In this document: positions 50,300 through 62,046 of the stretch, one piece after another
Layout: the number at the start of each line of letters is the position of its first letter
Position numbering within the stretch: the stretch's first letter is position 1
NCBI RefSeq assembly: GCF_002854065.1
Contig: NZ_CP024147.1
Length of the DNA stretch: 64,000 bases
Origin: Escherichia coli
GTDB taxonomy: Bacteria; Pseudomonadota; Gammaproteobacteria; Enterobacterales; Enterobacteriaceae
Direction: 5' to 3' (one strand)
Notes under the pieces: generated by a model
Told to the model about the DNA's origin: nothing
What the model saw: only the letters and a program-made list of their open reading frames with translations
Database searches by the model: none
Translations under genes and position numbers: made by a program

Positions 50300-50974
50300 A
50301 TGCGATATCCGGTTGATGTATACACAGGCAAGATTCAGGCTTATCCCGAAGGCAAACCCAGCGCAATTGCCAAAATCCAGGTTGATGGTGAGTTGATGCT
50401 GACGGAGCTGGGGCTGGAAGGTGACGAGCAGGCGGAGAAAAAGGTTCACGGCGGGCCAGACAGAGCGCTGTGTCATTATCCTCGTGAGCACTATCTCTAC
50501 TGGGCGCGGGAATTTCCGGAACAGGCGGAGTTGTTTGTTGCGCCTGCGTTTGGTGAAAATCTCTCAACCGACGGTCTGACGGAAAGTAATGTTTATATGG
50601 GCGATATTTTCCGCTGGGGAGAGGCATTAATTCAGGTCAGCCAGCCGCGCTCGCCTTGCTATAAACTCAATTACCATTTTGATATCAGCGATATAGCGCA
50701 GTTGATGCAAAACACGGGTAAAGTGGGCTGGCTATATAGCGTGATAGCGCCGGGGAAAGTGTCTGCGGACGCACCGCTGGAGCTGGTTTCCCGTGTCAGC
50801 GATGTGACCGTGCAGGAGGCTGCCGCCATCGCATGGCATATGCCGTTTGATGACGATCAGTATCACTGTTTACTCTCCGCCGCCGGGTTATCGAAAAGCT
50901 GGACGCGAACGATGCAAAAGCGCCGACTGAGCGGCAAGATCGAAGATTTTTCCCGCCGGTTGTGGGGAAAATAA
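50300..50974 (+). CDS. yiiM: MOSC-domain protein YiiM
   Basis: Start at MRYPVDVYTGKIQAYPEGK (224 aa). Confidence 0.9.
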   Translation: MRYPVDVYTGKIQAYPEGKPSAIAKIQVDGELMLTELGLEGDEQAEKKVHGGPDRALCHYPREHYLYWAREFPEQAELFVAPAFGENLSTDGLTESNVYMGDIFRWGEALIQVSQPRSPCYKLNYHFDISDIAQLMQNTGKVGWLYSVIAPGKVSADAPLELVSRVSDVTVQEAAAIAWHMPFDDDQYHCLLSAAGLSKSWTRTMQKRRLSGKIEDFSRRLWGK

Positions 50975-50979
50975 CCCCC

Positions 50980-51065
50980 GGAGTGTAGGCCTGATAAGAC
51001 GCTATCAGCGTCGCATCAGGCATCCTGCTCAAATGCCGGATGCGGCGTAAACGCCTTATCCTGCC
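50980..51065. repeat. REP elements
   Basis: gcctgataagacgc...gcgtcgcatcaggc and gccggatgcggcg palindromes. Confidence 0.8.
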
Positions 51066-51079
51066 TACAAATGCGGAGT

Positions 51080-52453
51080 TTAACTCCGCTTATACAGCGG
51101 CAACCAAATCACCAGCCGTAAACCGCCCAGCGGGCTGTCTTCTGCCTTCACCCAGCCACGATGCTGCTGAATGGCGGTTTCAACAATCGCCAGCCCCAAA
51201 CCTGTACCGCCAGATTCACGATCGCGTGCTTCATCGGTCCGATAGAACGGACGGAAAATCTGTTCGCGATCTTCCGGGCTAACGCCAGGACCATCGTCGT
51301 CCACCGTAATGGTGATACCGTCTTTATCTACCGCAAAGCCCACTTCAATCTTCGTATGGGAATAACGCAGAGCATTACGAACAATGTTTTCCAGCGCACT
51401 TTCCAGGGCGTTCGGATTGCCGTACAGCGGCCACGGCCCAGGCGGGAAGTTAACTGTCAACGACTTGCCCATTTGCTCGGCTTCGAACGCCGCGTTATCC
51501 AGCACTTCGCCCCACAACTGGTTGGCTTTGATGGTCTCGCTTACCAGCGCGTTTTTTTGCTGATTACGTGACATCACCAACAGGTCGTTAATCATGCTGT
51601 CTAGACGTTGCGCTTCGGTTTCAATACGCTCCAGTTCTTTGCTTTCACCGCTACGACGGCGCAGTAACGCCGTACCCAGTTGCAGACGCGTCAGTGGCGT
51701 GCGCAGCTCGTGAGAGATATCAGAAAGCAGACGCTGCTGGGAGGTCATCATACGCTCCAGCGCGGTGACCATCTGGTTAAAACTGGCACCTGCGGCAAGG
51801 AATTCCTGTGGCCCCGCTTCCAGTTCCGGGTGCTGGCGTAAGTTTCCCTGGGCAACTTCATCGGCAGCGTTTTTCAGCTTACGCGCCGGTTTTGCCAGAC
51901 TCCAGGCCAACCACAACAGCAGCGGCGTACTGACCAACATGGTGACAATCAGCAGTAATAGCGGGCGGTCAAACAGTAAGTTAATGAAATCGGATTGAGA
52001 ACTGCTGGCCGGACGAATCAGATAAAGTTGGTAATTATCTTCGCCATCACGCACGGAGAACGGACCGACCAGTTCCACGCGGCCATACTTTTTCTTCTGC
52101 GGATGATCGGCGTTATCGGCCTGACCAATAAAGTTACGAATGATCTGCATTTCGCTGCGTTCAGCGCCGATCACGCGGCCTTCGGTGGTCACTAATAACA
52201 AACGCTGTCCTGGCGGTGCCCACTTATCAATCGCCCGGAACAGACGCCGCCACCACATTAAATCGTTGGGCGGATCGTTCGCCAGCTCCGCTTCAACATG
52301 CTGCTCAATCATCAGACCCTGACGCTGTTCGCTATCCAGAAGCTCGGTCATCTGGCGTGAATCGAGCTTGGGTAACATCAAAACCAACATCAACACCAGC
52401 GCCAGCGTCAGCCAGAAGATGGCGAAGATGCGCGCGGTTAAGCTGCCTATCAT
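51080..52453 (-). CDS. cpxA: Envelope stress sensor histidine kinase CpxA
   Basis: 457-aa ORF with two TM segments, HAMP and HisKA/HATPase domains. Confidence 0.97.
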   Translation of the reverse strand: MIGSLTARIFAIFWLTLALVLMLVLMLPKLDSRQMTELLDSEQRQGLMIEQHVEAELANDPPNDLMWWRRLFRAIDKWAPPGQRLLLVTTEGRVIGAERSEMQIIRNFIGQADNADHPQKKKYGRVELVGPFSVRDGEDNYQLYLIRPASSSQSDFINLLFDRPLLLLIVTMLVSTPLLLWLAWSLAKPARKLKNAADEVAQGNLRQHPELEAGPQEFLAAGASFNQMVTALERMMTSQQRLLSDISHELRTPLTRLQLGTALLRRRSGESKELERIETEAQRLDSMINDLLVMSRNQQKNALVSETIKANQLWGEVLDNAAFEAEQMGKSLTVNFPPGPWPLYGNPNALESALENIVRNALRYSHTKIEVGFAVDKDGITITVDDDGPGVSPEDREQIFRPFYRTDEARDRESGGTGLGLAIVETAIQQHRGWVKAEDSPLGGLRLVIWLPLYKRS

Positions 52454-53148
52454 GAAGCAGAAACCATCAGGTAGCCGCGACCACGCAAAGTTTTAAACCA
52501 CGGGTGACCATCTTTACGATCCGGCAGTTTACGACGCAGGTTGGAAATGTGCATATCGATAGCGCGGTCGAAAGGCGTCAGGCGTTTGCCCAGCACTTCC
52601 TGGCTTAAATGTTCACGGGAAACCACCTGACCCAGATGCTGTGCCAGCAAATAGAGCAGGGTAAACTCAGTACCGGTTAACTCCAGCGTTTGCCCGTCGA
52701 AGCTGGCTTCCTGACGGCCTGGATTCAGCACTAAGGCATCAACTTCCAGTGTCGGTGAACCGTTGTCGTTGTTTTGCTGTTGCTCGCTCCAGTGCGAACG
52801 GCGCAGGATCGCGCGAATACGTGCCACCAGCTCACGATCATTAAACGGTTTCGGGAGATAGTCATCTGCGCCCAGCTCAAGGCCGAGAACGCGATCAAGT
52901 TCACTGCCGCGCGCCGTCAACATAATGACAGGCGTCTGGTGTGTCTGGCGAAGTGCTTTTAATGTGTCGATACCATTTTTCTTCGGCATCATTACGTCAA
53001 GCAAAAGTAAATCAATGCTGTCGTCCAGAAGATCAAGCGCCTGTTCCCCATCGTGGGCAACAATCACGTTGAAGCCTTCCATCTCGAGCAGCTCCTTTAA
53101 TAGGGAAGTCAGCTCTCGGTCATCATCAACTAACAGGATTTTATTCAT
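52450..53148 (-). CDS. cpxR: Envelope stress response regulator CpxR (OmpR family)
   Basis: 232-aa ORF, overlaps cpxA start by 4 nt. Confidence 0.97.
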   Translation of the reverse strand: MNKILLVDDDRELTSLLKELLEMEGFNVIVAHDGEQALDLLDDSIDLLLLDVMMPKKNGIDTLKALRQTHQTPVIMLTARGSELDRVLGLELGADDYLPKPFNDRELVARIRAILRRSHWSEQQQNNDNGSPTLEVDALVLNPGRQEASFDGQTLELTGTEFTLLYLLAQHLGQVVSREHLSQEVLGKRLTPFDRAIDMHISNLRRKLPDRKDGHPWFKTLRGRGYLMVSAS

Positions 53149-53202
53149 TGTTTAAATACCTCCGAGGCAGAAATTACGTCATCAGACGTCGCTAATCCAT
53201 GA

Positions 53203-53218
53203 CTTTACGTTGTTTTAC
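53203..53218. promoter_or_regulatory. CpxR box (GTAAA-N5-GTAAA) in cpxR-cpxP divergent promoter
   Basis: Plus strand ctttacgttgttttac is the reverse complement of GTAAAacaacGTAAAg. Confidence 0.75.
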
Positions 53219-53297
53219 ACCCCCTGACGCATGTTTGCAGCCTGAATCGTAAACTCTCTATCGTTGAATCGCGACAGAAAGATTTTGGGAGCAAATG

Positions 53298-53798
53298 ATG
53301 CGCATAGTTACCGCTGCCGTCATGGCCTCAACGCTGGCAGTCAGTTCATTAAGCCACGCTGCTGAAGTCGGTTCAGGCGATAACTGGCATCCGGGTGAAG
53401 AACTTACGCAGCGCAGTACGCAGAGCCATATGTTCGACGGCATAAGTTTAACCGAACATCAGCGTCAGCAGATGCGAGATCTTATGCAACAGGCCCGGCA
53501 CGAACAGCCTCCTGTTAATGTTAGCGAACTGGAGACAATGCATCGCCTTGTCACCGCAGAAAATTTTGATGAAAACGCTGTGCGCGCACAGGCAGAAAAA
53601 ATGGCGAATGAGCAAATTGCTCGTCAGGTTGAGATGGCAAAAGTCCGCAACCAAATGTATCGCCTGTTAACGCCGGAGCAGCAAGCGGTTTTAAACGAGA
53701 AACATCAACAACGAATGGAGCAGTTGCGTGACGTGACGCAATGGCAAAAAAGTTCATCGTTGAAGCTATTGAGTAGTAGCAACTCACGTTCCCAGTAG
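53298..53798 (+). CDS. cpxP: Periplasmic Cpx pathway inhibitor/adaptor CpxP
   Basis: 166-aa [27 protein letters not shown] with LTxxQ motifs. Confidence 0.96.
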
Positions 53799-53807
53799 TA
53801 AACCCTG

Positions 53808-53868
53808 TTTTCCTTGCCATAGACACCATCCCTGTCTTCCCCCACATGATGTGGGGGTTTTTTTTATC
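53808..53868 (+). ncRNA. cpxQ: Probable CpxQ sRNA (3'-UTR-derived from cpxP mRNA)
   Basis: About 60 nt immediately after cpxP stop ending in strong terminator cccccacatgatgtggggg plus T-run. Confidence 0.6.
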
Positions 53869-53946
53869 CTCAATTTGCCTGCTGCTTAATGCATTGCAGA
53901 TGATTTGCTTCCGTTATACTAGCGTCAGTTGATAGCGGGAGTATTT

Positions 53947-54849
53947 ATGAATCAATCTTATGGACGGCTGGTCAGTCGGGCGGCGATTGCTGCGACGGCG
54001 ATGGCTTCGCTGCTATTGCTGATTAAAATTTTTGCATGGTGGTATACCGGGTCGGTGAGTATTCTCGCCGCGCTGGTGGATTCGCTGGTGGATATCGGCG
54101 CGTCGTTGACGAATTTACTGGTGGTGCGATATTCCCTGCAACCTGCCGACGATAATCACTCGTTTGGTCACGGTAAAGCTGAGTCCCTCGCGGCGCTGGC
54201 GCAAAGTATGTTTATCTCCGGTTCGGCACTATTCCTGTTTTTGACGGGTATTCAACATCTGATATCTCCAACACCGATGACAGATCCAGGCGTCGGGGTT
54301 ATCGTGACAATTGTGGCGCTAATTTGTACGATTATCCTTGTCTCGTTTCAGCGTTGGGTGGTGCGCCGGACGCAAAGCCAGGCGGTGCGGGCTGATATGC
54401 TACATTACCAGTCTGATGTTATGATGAACGGCGCAATTCTGCTCGCGCTGGGGTTGTCCTGGTACGGCTGGCATCGCGCCGATGCTCTGTTTGCATTGGG
54501 AATCGGCATCTATATTTTATATAGCGCGTTACGCATGGGATATGAGGCGGTACAGTCATTACTGGATCGCGCATTACCTGATGAGGAACGGCAAGAAATT
54601 ATTGATATCGTGACTTCCTGGCCGGGTGTTAGCGGCGCTCACGATCTTCGCACGCGGCAGTCAGGGCCGACCCGCTTTATTCAGATTCATTTGGAAATGG
54701 AAGACTCTCTGCCTTTGGTTCAGGCACATATGGTGGCGGATCAGGTAGAGCAGGCTATTTTACGGCGTTTTCCGGGATCGGATGTGATTATCCATCAGGA
54801 CCCCTGTTCCGTCGTACCCAGGGAGGGTAAACGGTCTATGCTTTCATAA
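53947..54849 (+). CDS. fieF: Cation diffusion facilitator Fe/Zn efflux transporter FieF
   Basis: Start at [23 protein letters not shown] (300 aa). Confidence 0.94.
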
Positions 54850-55029
54850 TCAGTATAAAAGAGAGCCAGACCCGCATTTTGTGTATAAAATACCGCCATT
54901 TGGCCTGACCTGAATCAATTCAGCAGGAAGTGATTGTTATACTATTTGCACATTCGTTGGATCACTTCGATGTGCAAGAAGACTTCCGGCAACAGATTTC
55001 ATTTTGCATTCCAAAGTTCAGAGGTAGTC

Positions 55030-55992
55030 ATGATTAAGAAAATCGGTGTGTTGACAAGCGGCGGTGATGCGCCAGGCATGAACGCCGCAATTCGCGGGGT
55101 TGTTCGTTCTGCGCTGACAGAAGGTCTGGAAGTAATGGGCATTTATGACGGCTATCTGGGTCTGTATGAAGACCGTATGGTACAGCTAGACCGTTACAGC
55201 GTTTCTGACATGATCAACCGTGGCGGTACGTTCCTCGGTTCTGCGCGTTTCCCGGAATTCCGCGACGAGAACATCCGCGCCGTGGCTATCGAAAACCTGA
55301 AAAAACGTGGGATCGATGCGCTGGTGGTTATCGGCGGTGACGGTTCCTACATGGGTGCAATGCGTCTGACCGAAATGGGCTTCCCGTGCATCGGCCTGCC
55401 GGGTACTATCGACAACGACATCAAAGGCACTGACTACACTATCGGTTTCTTCACTGCGCTGAGCACCGTTGTAGAAGCGATCGACCGTCTGCGTGACACC
55501 TCTTCTTCTCACCAGCGTATTTCCGTGGTGGAAGTGATGGGCCGTTATTGTGGCGATCTGACGCTGGCTGCGGCTATTGCCGGTGGCTGTGAATTCGTTG
55601 TGGTTCCGGAAGTTGAATTCAGCCGTGAAGACCTGGTAAACGAAATCAAAGCGGGTATCGCGAAAGGTAAAAAACACGCGATCGTGGCGATTACCGAACA
55701 TATGTGTGATGTTGACGAACTGGCGCATTTCATCGAGAAAGAAACCGGTCGTGAAACCCGCGCAACTGTGCTGGGCCACATCCAGCGCGGTGGTTCTCCG
55801 GTGCCTTACGACCGTATTCTGGCTTCCCGTATGGGCGCTTACGCTATCGATCTGCTGCTGGCAGGTTACGGCGGTCGTTGCGTAGGTATCCAGAACGAAC
55901 AGCTGGTTCACCACGACATCATCGACGCTATCGAAAACATGAAGCGTCCGTTCAAAGGCGACTGGCTGGATTGCGCGAAAAAACTGTATTAA
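55030..55992 (+). CDS. pfkA: 6-phosphofructokinase I
   Basis: [25 protein letters not shown]; 320 aa. Confidence 0.98.
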
Positions 55993-56047
55993 TGATTTCG
56001 GAAAAAGGCAGATTCCTTTAGCCTGAAACCGATGACAGAAGCAAAAA

Positions 56048-56150
56048 TGCCTGATTCGCTTCGCTTATCAGGCCTACGTGAATTCTGCAATTTATTGAAT
56101 TTACAAACTTTTGTAGGCCGGATAAGGCGTTCGCGCCGCATCCGGCATTG
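56048..56150. repeat. REP elements
   Basis: gcctgattcgcttcgcttatcaggcc and gccggataaggcgttcgcgccgcatccggc palindromes. Confidence 0.8.
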
Positions 56151-56310
56151 ATAAAGCGCACTTTGTCAGCAATATGAGGCGGATTTCTTCCGCCTTTTTA
56201 ACCCCCAACATATACCCGCAAGTTATAGCCAATCTTTTTTTATTCTTTAATGTTTGGTTAACCTTCTGGCACGCTTTGCTCATCACAACACAACATAAGA
56301 GAGTCGGGCG

Positions 56311-57300
56311 ATGAACAAGTGGGGCGTAGGGTTAACATTTTTGCTGGCGACAACCAGCGTTATGGCAAAGGATATTCAGCTTCTTAACGTTTCATATGAT
56401 CCAACGCGCGAATTGTACGAACAGTACAACAAGGCATTCAGCGCCCACTGGAAACAGCAAACTGGTGATAACGTGGTGATTCGTCAGTCACACGGTGGTT
56501 CAGGTAAACAAGCGACGTCGGTAATCAACGGTATTGAAGCTGATGTTGTCACGCTGGCTCTGGCCTATGACGTGGACGCAATTGCGGAACGCGGGCGGAT
56601 TGATAAAGAGTGGATCAAACGTCTGCCGGATAACTCCGCACCGTACACTTCCACCATTGTTTTCCTGGTGCGTAAGGGCAATCCGAAGCAGATCCATGAC
56701 TGGAACGATCTGATTAAACCGGGTGTTTCAGTGATCACGCCTAATCCGAAAAGCTCTGGTGGCGCGCGCTGGAATTACCTGGCTGCCTGGGGCTACGCGC
56801 TGCATCACAACAACAACGATCAGGCAAAAGCACAGGATTTTGTTCGGGCACTGTATAAAAACGTCGAAGTTCTGGATTCTGGCGCGCGTGGCTCCACTAA
56901 CACTTTTGTCGAGCGCGGAATTGGCGATGTACTGATTGCCTGGGAAAACGAAGCTCTGCTGGCAGCGAATGAACTGGGGAAAGATAAATTCGAAATCGTC
57001 ACGCCGAGTGAGTCTATCCTCGCAGAGCCAACCGTGTCGGTGGTCGATAAAGTGGTCGAGAAAAAAGGTACTAAAGAGGTGGCGGAAGCCTACCTGAAAT
57101 ATCTCTACTCGCCAGAAGGTCAGGAAATTGCCGCGAAAAACTACTACCGTCCGCGCGACGCTGAGGTGGCGAAAAAGTACGAAAATGCGTTTCCAAAGCT
57201 GAAGTTATTCACCATTGATGAAGAGTTCGGCGGCTGGACGAAAGCGCAAAAAGAGCATTTTGCTAACGGCGGTACGTTCGATCAGATCAGCAAACGCTGA
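56311..57300 (+). CDS. sbp: Periplasmic sulfate-binding protein
   Basis: 329-aa ORF with signal peptide. Confidence 0.95.
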   Translation: MNKWGVGLTFLLATTSVMAKDIQLLNVSYDPTRELYEQYNKAFSAHWKQQTGDNVVIRQSHGGSGKQATSVINGIEADVVTLALAYDVDAIAERGRIDKEWIKRLPDNSAPYTSTIVFLVRKGNPKQIHDWNDLIKPGVSVITPNPKSSGGARWNYLAAWGYALHHNNNDQAKAQDFVRALYKNVEVLDSGARGSTNTFVERGIGDVLIAWENEALLAANELGKDKFEIVTPSESILAEPTVSVVDKVVEKKGTKEVAEAYLKYLYSPEGQEIAAKNYYRPRDAEVAKKYENAFPKLKLFTIDEEFGGWTKAQKEHFANGGTFDQISKR

Positions 57301-57406
57301 TTTCTCCAGGATAATTATCAAACCCGGTGGTTTCTCGCGACCGGGTTTTTTATTTGTCACGATTTTGCGTTACCCTTGCATCTCTTTGAGGTACAGGGAA
57401 AAAAAG

Positions 57407-58162
57407 ATGAAAAAAGCGGGTCTTCTTTTTTTGGTGATGATAGTTATCGCCGTTGTGGCTGCCGGTATTGGTTACTGGAAATTAACCGGTGAAGAGTCGG
57501 TTACATTACGTAAGATTGTCCTTGAGGAATGTTTGCCCAATCAGCAGCAAAATCAAAATCCTTCGCCATGTGCGGAAGTCAAACCCAATGCCGGATACGT
57601 GGTTTTAAAAGATCTTAATGGCCCACTGCAATATCTGTTGATGCCAACGTATCGTATTAACGGTACTGAAAGTCCTTTGTTGACCGATCCTTCAACGCCG
57701 AACTTCTTTTGGTTGGCCTGGCAGGCGCGTGATTTTATGAGCAAAAAATACGGCCAGCCGGTTCCCGATCGCGCGGTTTCTTTGGCGATCAACTCCCGCA
57801 CCGGGCGTACGCAAAACCATTTTCATATTCATATCTCTTGTATTCGTCCTGATGTGCGCGAACAACTGGATAACAATCTGGCGAACATCAGCAGCCGCTG
57901 GTTGCCACTGCCAGGTGGTTTGCGCGGGCATGAATACCTGGCGCGTCGGGTAACGGAAAGCGAACTGGTACAACGCAGCCCATTTATGATGCTGGCAGAA
58001 GAAGTACCTGAGGCGCGGGAACATATGGGAAGCTACGGGCTGGCGATGGTACGGCAGAGTGATAACTCATTTGTATTGCTGGCGACACAACGAAATCTAC
58101 TGACGCTTAACCGTGCTTCAGCCGAGGAAATTCAGGATCATCAGTGTGAGATTTTGCGTTAA
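57407..58162 (+). CDS. cdh: CDP-diacylglycerol pyrophosphatase
   Basis: Start at [23 protein letters not shown]-like HFHIH motif. Confidence 0.93.
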   Translation: MKKAGLLFLVMIVIAVVAAGIGYWKLTGEESVTLRKIVLEECLPNQQQNQNPSPCAEVKPNAGYVVLKDLNGPLQYLLMPTYRINGTESPLLTDPSTPNFFWLAWQARDFMSKKYGQPVPDRAVSLAINSRTGRTQNHFHIHISCIRPDVREQLDNNLANISSRWLPLPGGLRGHEYLARRVTESELVQRSPFMMLAEEVPEAREHMGSYGLAMVRQSDNSFVLLATQRNLLTLNRASAEEIQDHQCEILR

Positions 58163-58216
58163 GGCGAAGAGTTAAGGAAAGTAAGTGCCGGATATGAAAT
58201 CCGGCACCTGTCAGAC

Positions 58217-58984
58217 TTAAGCCTGTTTAGCCGCTTCTGCAGCTTTAACGATTACTGCGAAGGCGTCAGCTTTCAGAGAAGCACCACCAACCAGCGCGCC
58301 GTCGATATCCGGCTGAGCAAACAGTTCTGCAGCGTTAGACGCGTTTACAGAGCCGCCGTACTGAATGATCACTTGTTCAGCGATGTTAGCGTCAACTTTA
58401 GCGATGTGGTCACGGATGAATTTGTGAACAGCCTGTGCCTGAGCCGGAGTTGCAGATTTGCCAGTACCGATTGCCCATACAGGTTCGTAAGCGATAACCG
58501 CACCTTCGAATGCCGCAGCACCCTGAGTTTTCAGTACCGCGTCGATCTGACGTGCGCAAACTTCTTCAGTTTTGCCCGCTTCGTTTTCAGCTTCGGTTTC
58601 ACCGATGCACAGAACCGGAGTCAGACCCTGCTCTTTCAGCACCGCGAATTTTTTCGCGATCAGTTCGTCAGACTCTTTGTGGTAAGTACGACGTTCAGAG
58701 TGGCCGATGATGATGTACTGTGCGCCGATGTCTTTCAGCATAGCAGCAGAGGTTTCACCGGTGAATGCGCCGGACAGGTTCAGGTCCACGTTTTGCGCAC
58801 CCAGCATGATGTGGCTGCCTTCAGCTTCACGCTTCGCCATATCGATGTACATTTCCGGTGGTGCGATTGCAACCGCACAGCCAGCAACACCTGCCAGCTC
58901 TTTACGCAGGTTAGAAACCAGCTCGTGAACCATGTGGCGGCTGCCGTTCAGTTTCCAGTTACCCATCACTAAAGGATGTCGCAT
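58217..58984 (-). CDS. tpiA: Triosephosphate isomerase
   Basis: 255-aa [18 protein letters not shown]; catalytic GHSERR. Confidence 0.98.
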
Positions 58985-59091
58985 TTTAATTCTCCACGCT
59001 TATAAGCGAATAAAGGAAGATGGCCGCCCCGCAGGGCAGCAGGTCTGTGAAACAGTATAGAGATTCATCGGCACAAAGGCTTTGCTTTTTG

Positions 59092-59691
59092 TCATTTATT
59101 CAAACCTTCAAGCGATTCAGATAGCGCCAGCTTAATCGGTTCAACAGCGAAGGTCAGCCCCTTTTCGCCGTTGTCCGCGACAACATAACGCAGTGCACCT
59201 TCTGTCTCGGTGTAATAACGTTTGTTTTTCCCCGCCGTTAGTAGCGACTGCAGTTTTTTCTGGCTTTGTGTTTTGGTCATTAATGGGGTGAGTGTGCGGA
59301 TCACCGCTGCCATATATTCCTGAGCTTTCGCTTTCGCGGCTTTTTGCTCTGGCCCCTGGATGGGTAGCCAGGTCATTTGAATGCTTTTGATTTTTAAGGT
59401 ACCGCGCTCCAGCGCTGTAGAAGCATACAAGTTCTCGTTAATTTTACTTGCAGCACGAGTGAGATTGGCTTTGTCGGGACTGCTGTCGATGGCACGAAAT
59501 TCGTTCAGTGGCAGGCTGGGATTCTGGCTGTTAAAGTCTTCTCGAAACTGGCTGATGGAGAGATCGAAAGTAGGGGCTCCAGCCAGCAGATAAGGCGCGG
59601 TCGTTGCCGTATCTGGTGTTTGTGCATGCGCCGTTGTTGTAACGGTTAATGCAGAACATAAGAGAAAAAACAGCGTACACCCTGGCTTCAT
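59092..59691 (-). CDS. yiiQ: DUF1454 periplasmic protein YiiQ
   Basis: 199-aa ORF with signal peptide. Confidence 0.88.
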   Translation of the reverse strand: MKPGCTLFFLLCSALTVTTTAHAQTPDTATTAPYLLAGAPTFDLSISQFREDFNSQNPSLPLNEFRAIDSSPDKANLTRAASKINENLYASTALERGTLKIKSIQMTWLPIQGPEQKAAKAKAQEYMAAVIRTLTPLMTKTQSQKKLQSLLTAGKNKRYYTETEGALRYVVADNGEKGLTFAVEPIKLALSESLEGLNK

Positions 59692-59791
59692 TGACAGTAC
59701 CTTTTGTTATGACTGGCTCCGATTAAAACGATATCTGTCGCCCTTGTCAAAAGGGTAGAATCCTGGAAAAGACAACCATCAAGGAACTTAC

Positions 59792-60232
59792 ATGACCATA
59801 CAGCAATGGTTATTCTCATTTAAAGGGCGTATTGGACGCCGTGATTTCTGGATTTGGATAGGCCTGTGGTTCGCAGGCATGCTGGTGCTTTTCTCACTGG
59901 CGGGTAAAAATTTACTCGATATTCAGACCGCGGCGTTTTGCCTTGTGTGCTTGCTCTGGCCAACAGCGGCAGTAACCGTTAAGCGCTTGCATGATCGCGG
60001 GCGTTCCGGCGCATGGGCATTTCTGATGATTGTGGCGTGGATGCTACTGGCGGGTAACTGGGCGATTTTACCGGGTGTCTGGCAATGGGCGGTAGGGCGT
60101 TTTGTCCCGACGTTGATTCTGGTGATGATGCTTATCGATCTTGGTGCGTTTGTTGGCACACAAGGCGAAAATAAATATGGTAAAGATACTCAGGATGTGA
60201 AGTATAAAGCCGACAATAAATCAAGTAATTAA
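59792..60232 (+). CDS. yiiR: DUF805 inner membrane protein YiiR
   Basis: 146-aa multi-TM ORF. Confidence 0.88.
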   Translation: MTIQQWLFSFKGRIGRRDFWIWIGLWFAGMLVLFSLAGKNLLDIQTAAFCLVCLLWPTAAVTVKRLHDRGRSGAWAFLMIVAWMLLAGNWAILPGVWQWAVGRFVPTLILVMMLIDLGAFVGTQGENKYGKDTQDVKYKADNKSSN

Positions 60233-60444
60233 CCTTTAATATATCTCTTACTGCTATTTTTTTTCCGGGATTGTTATTTCCACGATGCAAATGACAATGC
60301 CCGGAAAATCCTTCTGAACTCTTCACCTTAAGCAATATCAAAAAAAATGGTAATCCATAAGATCATTACTTGTTTGTTCTTCCCTTAACGGCGCATTATT
60401 CTTAAGTCGTAATCGACAGAGAGGCGAATATACAGAGGTGCCCT

Positions 60445-60744
60445 ATGAAAGATGTCGTAGATAAATGCAGTACTAAAGGATGTGCGATTGATATCGGTAC
60501 GGTGATTGATAACGACAACTGTACCAGTAAGTTTTCGCGCTTTTTTGCCACCCGCGAAGAAGCAGAGTCCTTTATGACCAAACTGAAAGAGCTTGCCGCC
60601 GCTGCATCCTCTGCAGATGAAGGGGCCAGCGTGGCCTATAAGATTAAGGATCTGGAGGGGCAAGTTGAGCTTGATGCGGCCTTCACCTTCTCATGCCAGG
60701 CCGAGATGATTATTTTTGAGTTATCACTGCGTTCGTTAGCTTGA
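60445..60744 (+). CDS. yiiS: UPF0381 protein YiiS
   Basis: 99-aa ORF. Confidence 0.85.
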   Translation: MKDVVDKCSTKGCAIDIGTVIDNDNCTSKFSRFFATREEAESFMTKLKELAAAASSADEGASVAYKIKDLEGQVELDAAFTFSCQAEMIIFELSLRSLA

Positions 60745-60770
60745 TGGAGTTGCTTTAGAAGGAGTTAAAC

Positions 60771-61199
60771 ATGGCTTATAAACACATTGGCGTGGCAATT
60801 TCCGGGAATGAAGAAGATGCCTTACTGGTGAATAAAGCCCTGGAGCTCGCCAGACATAATGACGCTCACCTGACGTTAATTCATATTGATGATGGCTTAA
60901 GCGAGTTGTATCCGGGTATCTACTTCCCTGCAACAGAAGATATTCTTCAATTGTTGAAGAATAAGTCGGATAACAAGCTGTATAAACTGACGAAAAATAT
61001 TCAATGGCCGAAGACAAAACTGCGTATTGAACGCGGAGAAATGCCGGAAACACTGCTGGAAATTATGCAAAAAGAGCAGTGCGACCTCCTTGTCTGTGGT
61101 CATCACCACTCATTTATCAACCGTTTGATGCCGGCATATCGCGGGATGATCAATAAGTTGAGTGCGGATTTGCTCATCGTGCCGTTTATCGATAAGTAA
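60771..61199 (+). CDS. uspD: Universal stress protein D
   Basis: 142-aa UspA-family ORF. Confidence 0.93.
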   Translation: MAYKHIGVAISGNEEDALLVNKALELARHNDAHLTLIHIDDGLSELYPGIYFPATEDILQLLKNKSDNKLYKLTKNIQWPKTKLRIERGEMPETLLEIMQKEQCDLLVCGHHHSFINRLMPAYRGMINKLSADLLIVPFIDK

Positions 61200-61203
61200 C
61201 CGC

Positions 61204-61950
61204 TTACCAGTAATGCTCCGCTGTCATATGGCCCGGTCGGCGACGTAAATGTTTCGTCATCTGCCGGGTCTCTTTCAGCAACTGTTGGGTATCGCGCACC
61301 ATCTGTGGATTGCCGCACAGCATCACATGGCTGGTTTCTTTATTCATCGGCAGGCCAATCGCGCTTTCCAGTTCACCACTTTCAATTAATGCCGGTATCC
61401 GTCCGGTGAGCGACCCCGCTGCCGTTTCCCGACTGACCACCGTCTGAATGCGCAGTTTTCCTTCGTAGCGTTTTTCCAGTTCTTGCATCAGTGGCAAATA
61501 GCTTAAGTCGGCGGCATAACGTGCGGCGTGCACCAGGACCAGATTTTTGAAGCGATCTAAATCTTTGCCTAGTTGTAGAATCGATAAATAAGGGCCAATC
61601 GCTGTACCGGTTGCCAGCATCCATAGCGTTTCGCAATCTGGCACTTCATCCAGAACAAAGAAGCCAGCTGCTTCGCTAACCACCTGCACTTCATCTCCTG
61701 GTTTCAGTGCCGCCAATCGTGGGCTTAATTTGCCATCGGGGACGGTGACCAGGTAAAACTCCAGATCGGGATTATCGGGCGAGTTAACATAGGAGTAGGC
61801 GCGCTGGACGCGTTCGCCGTCGATTTCAAGGCCAAGCTTGGTAAATTGCCCGGCGGTAAACGGATGCACAGGGGCGTGAACGGTGAGACTAAACAGGGCG
61901 TCGGTCCAGTTCTGCACTTTAGTGACTTTGCCTGTTACCCAATCAGCCAT
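61204..61950 (-). CDS. fpr: Ferredoxin/flavodoxin-NADP+ reductase
   Basis: 248-aa ORF MADWVTGKVTKVQNWTDALFSLTVHAP. Confidence 0.96.
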   Translation of the reverse strand: MADWVTGKVTKVQNWTDALFSLTVHAPVHPFTAGQFTKLGLEIDGERVQRAYSYVNSPDNPDLEFYLVTVPDGKLSPRLAALKPGDEVQVVSEAAGFFVLDEVPDCETLWMLATGTAIGPYLSILQLGKDLDRFKNLVLVHAARYAADLSYLPLMQELEKRYEGKLRIQTVVSRETAAGSLTGRIPALIESGELESAIGLPMNKETSHVMLCGNPQMVRDTQQLLKETRQMTKHLRRRPGHMTAEHYW

Positions 61951-62046
61951 GTTTTTCTCCTGTTTTGATTGACTTGCCTTATCTTCGTTCTCCGAACAAA
62001 AAAATTCCAGTCCCGAAGGACTGGAAGGCTCAATCGATCAAATCAA

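Noticed and set aside
55186-55914. 242-aa minus-strand ORF inside pfkA
   Set aside because: Antisense shadow ORF; pfkA on the plus strand is unambiguous.
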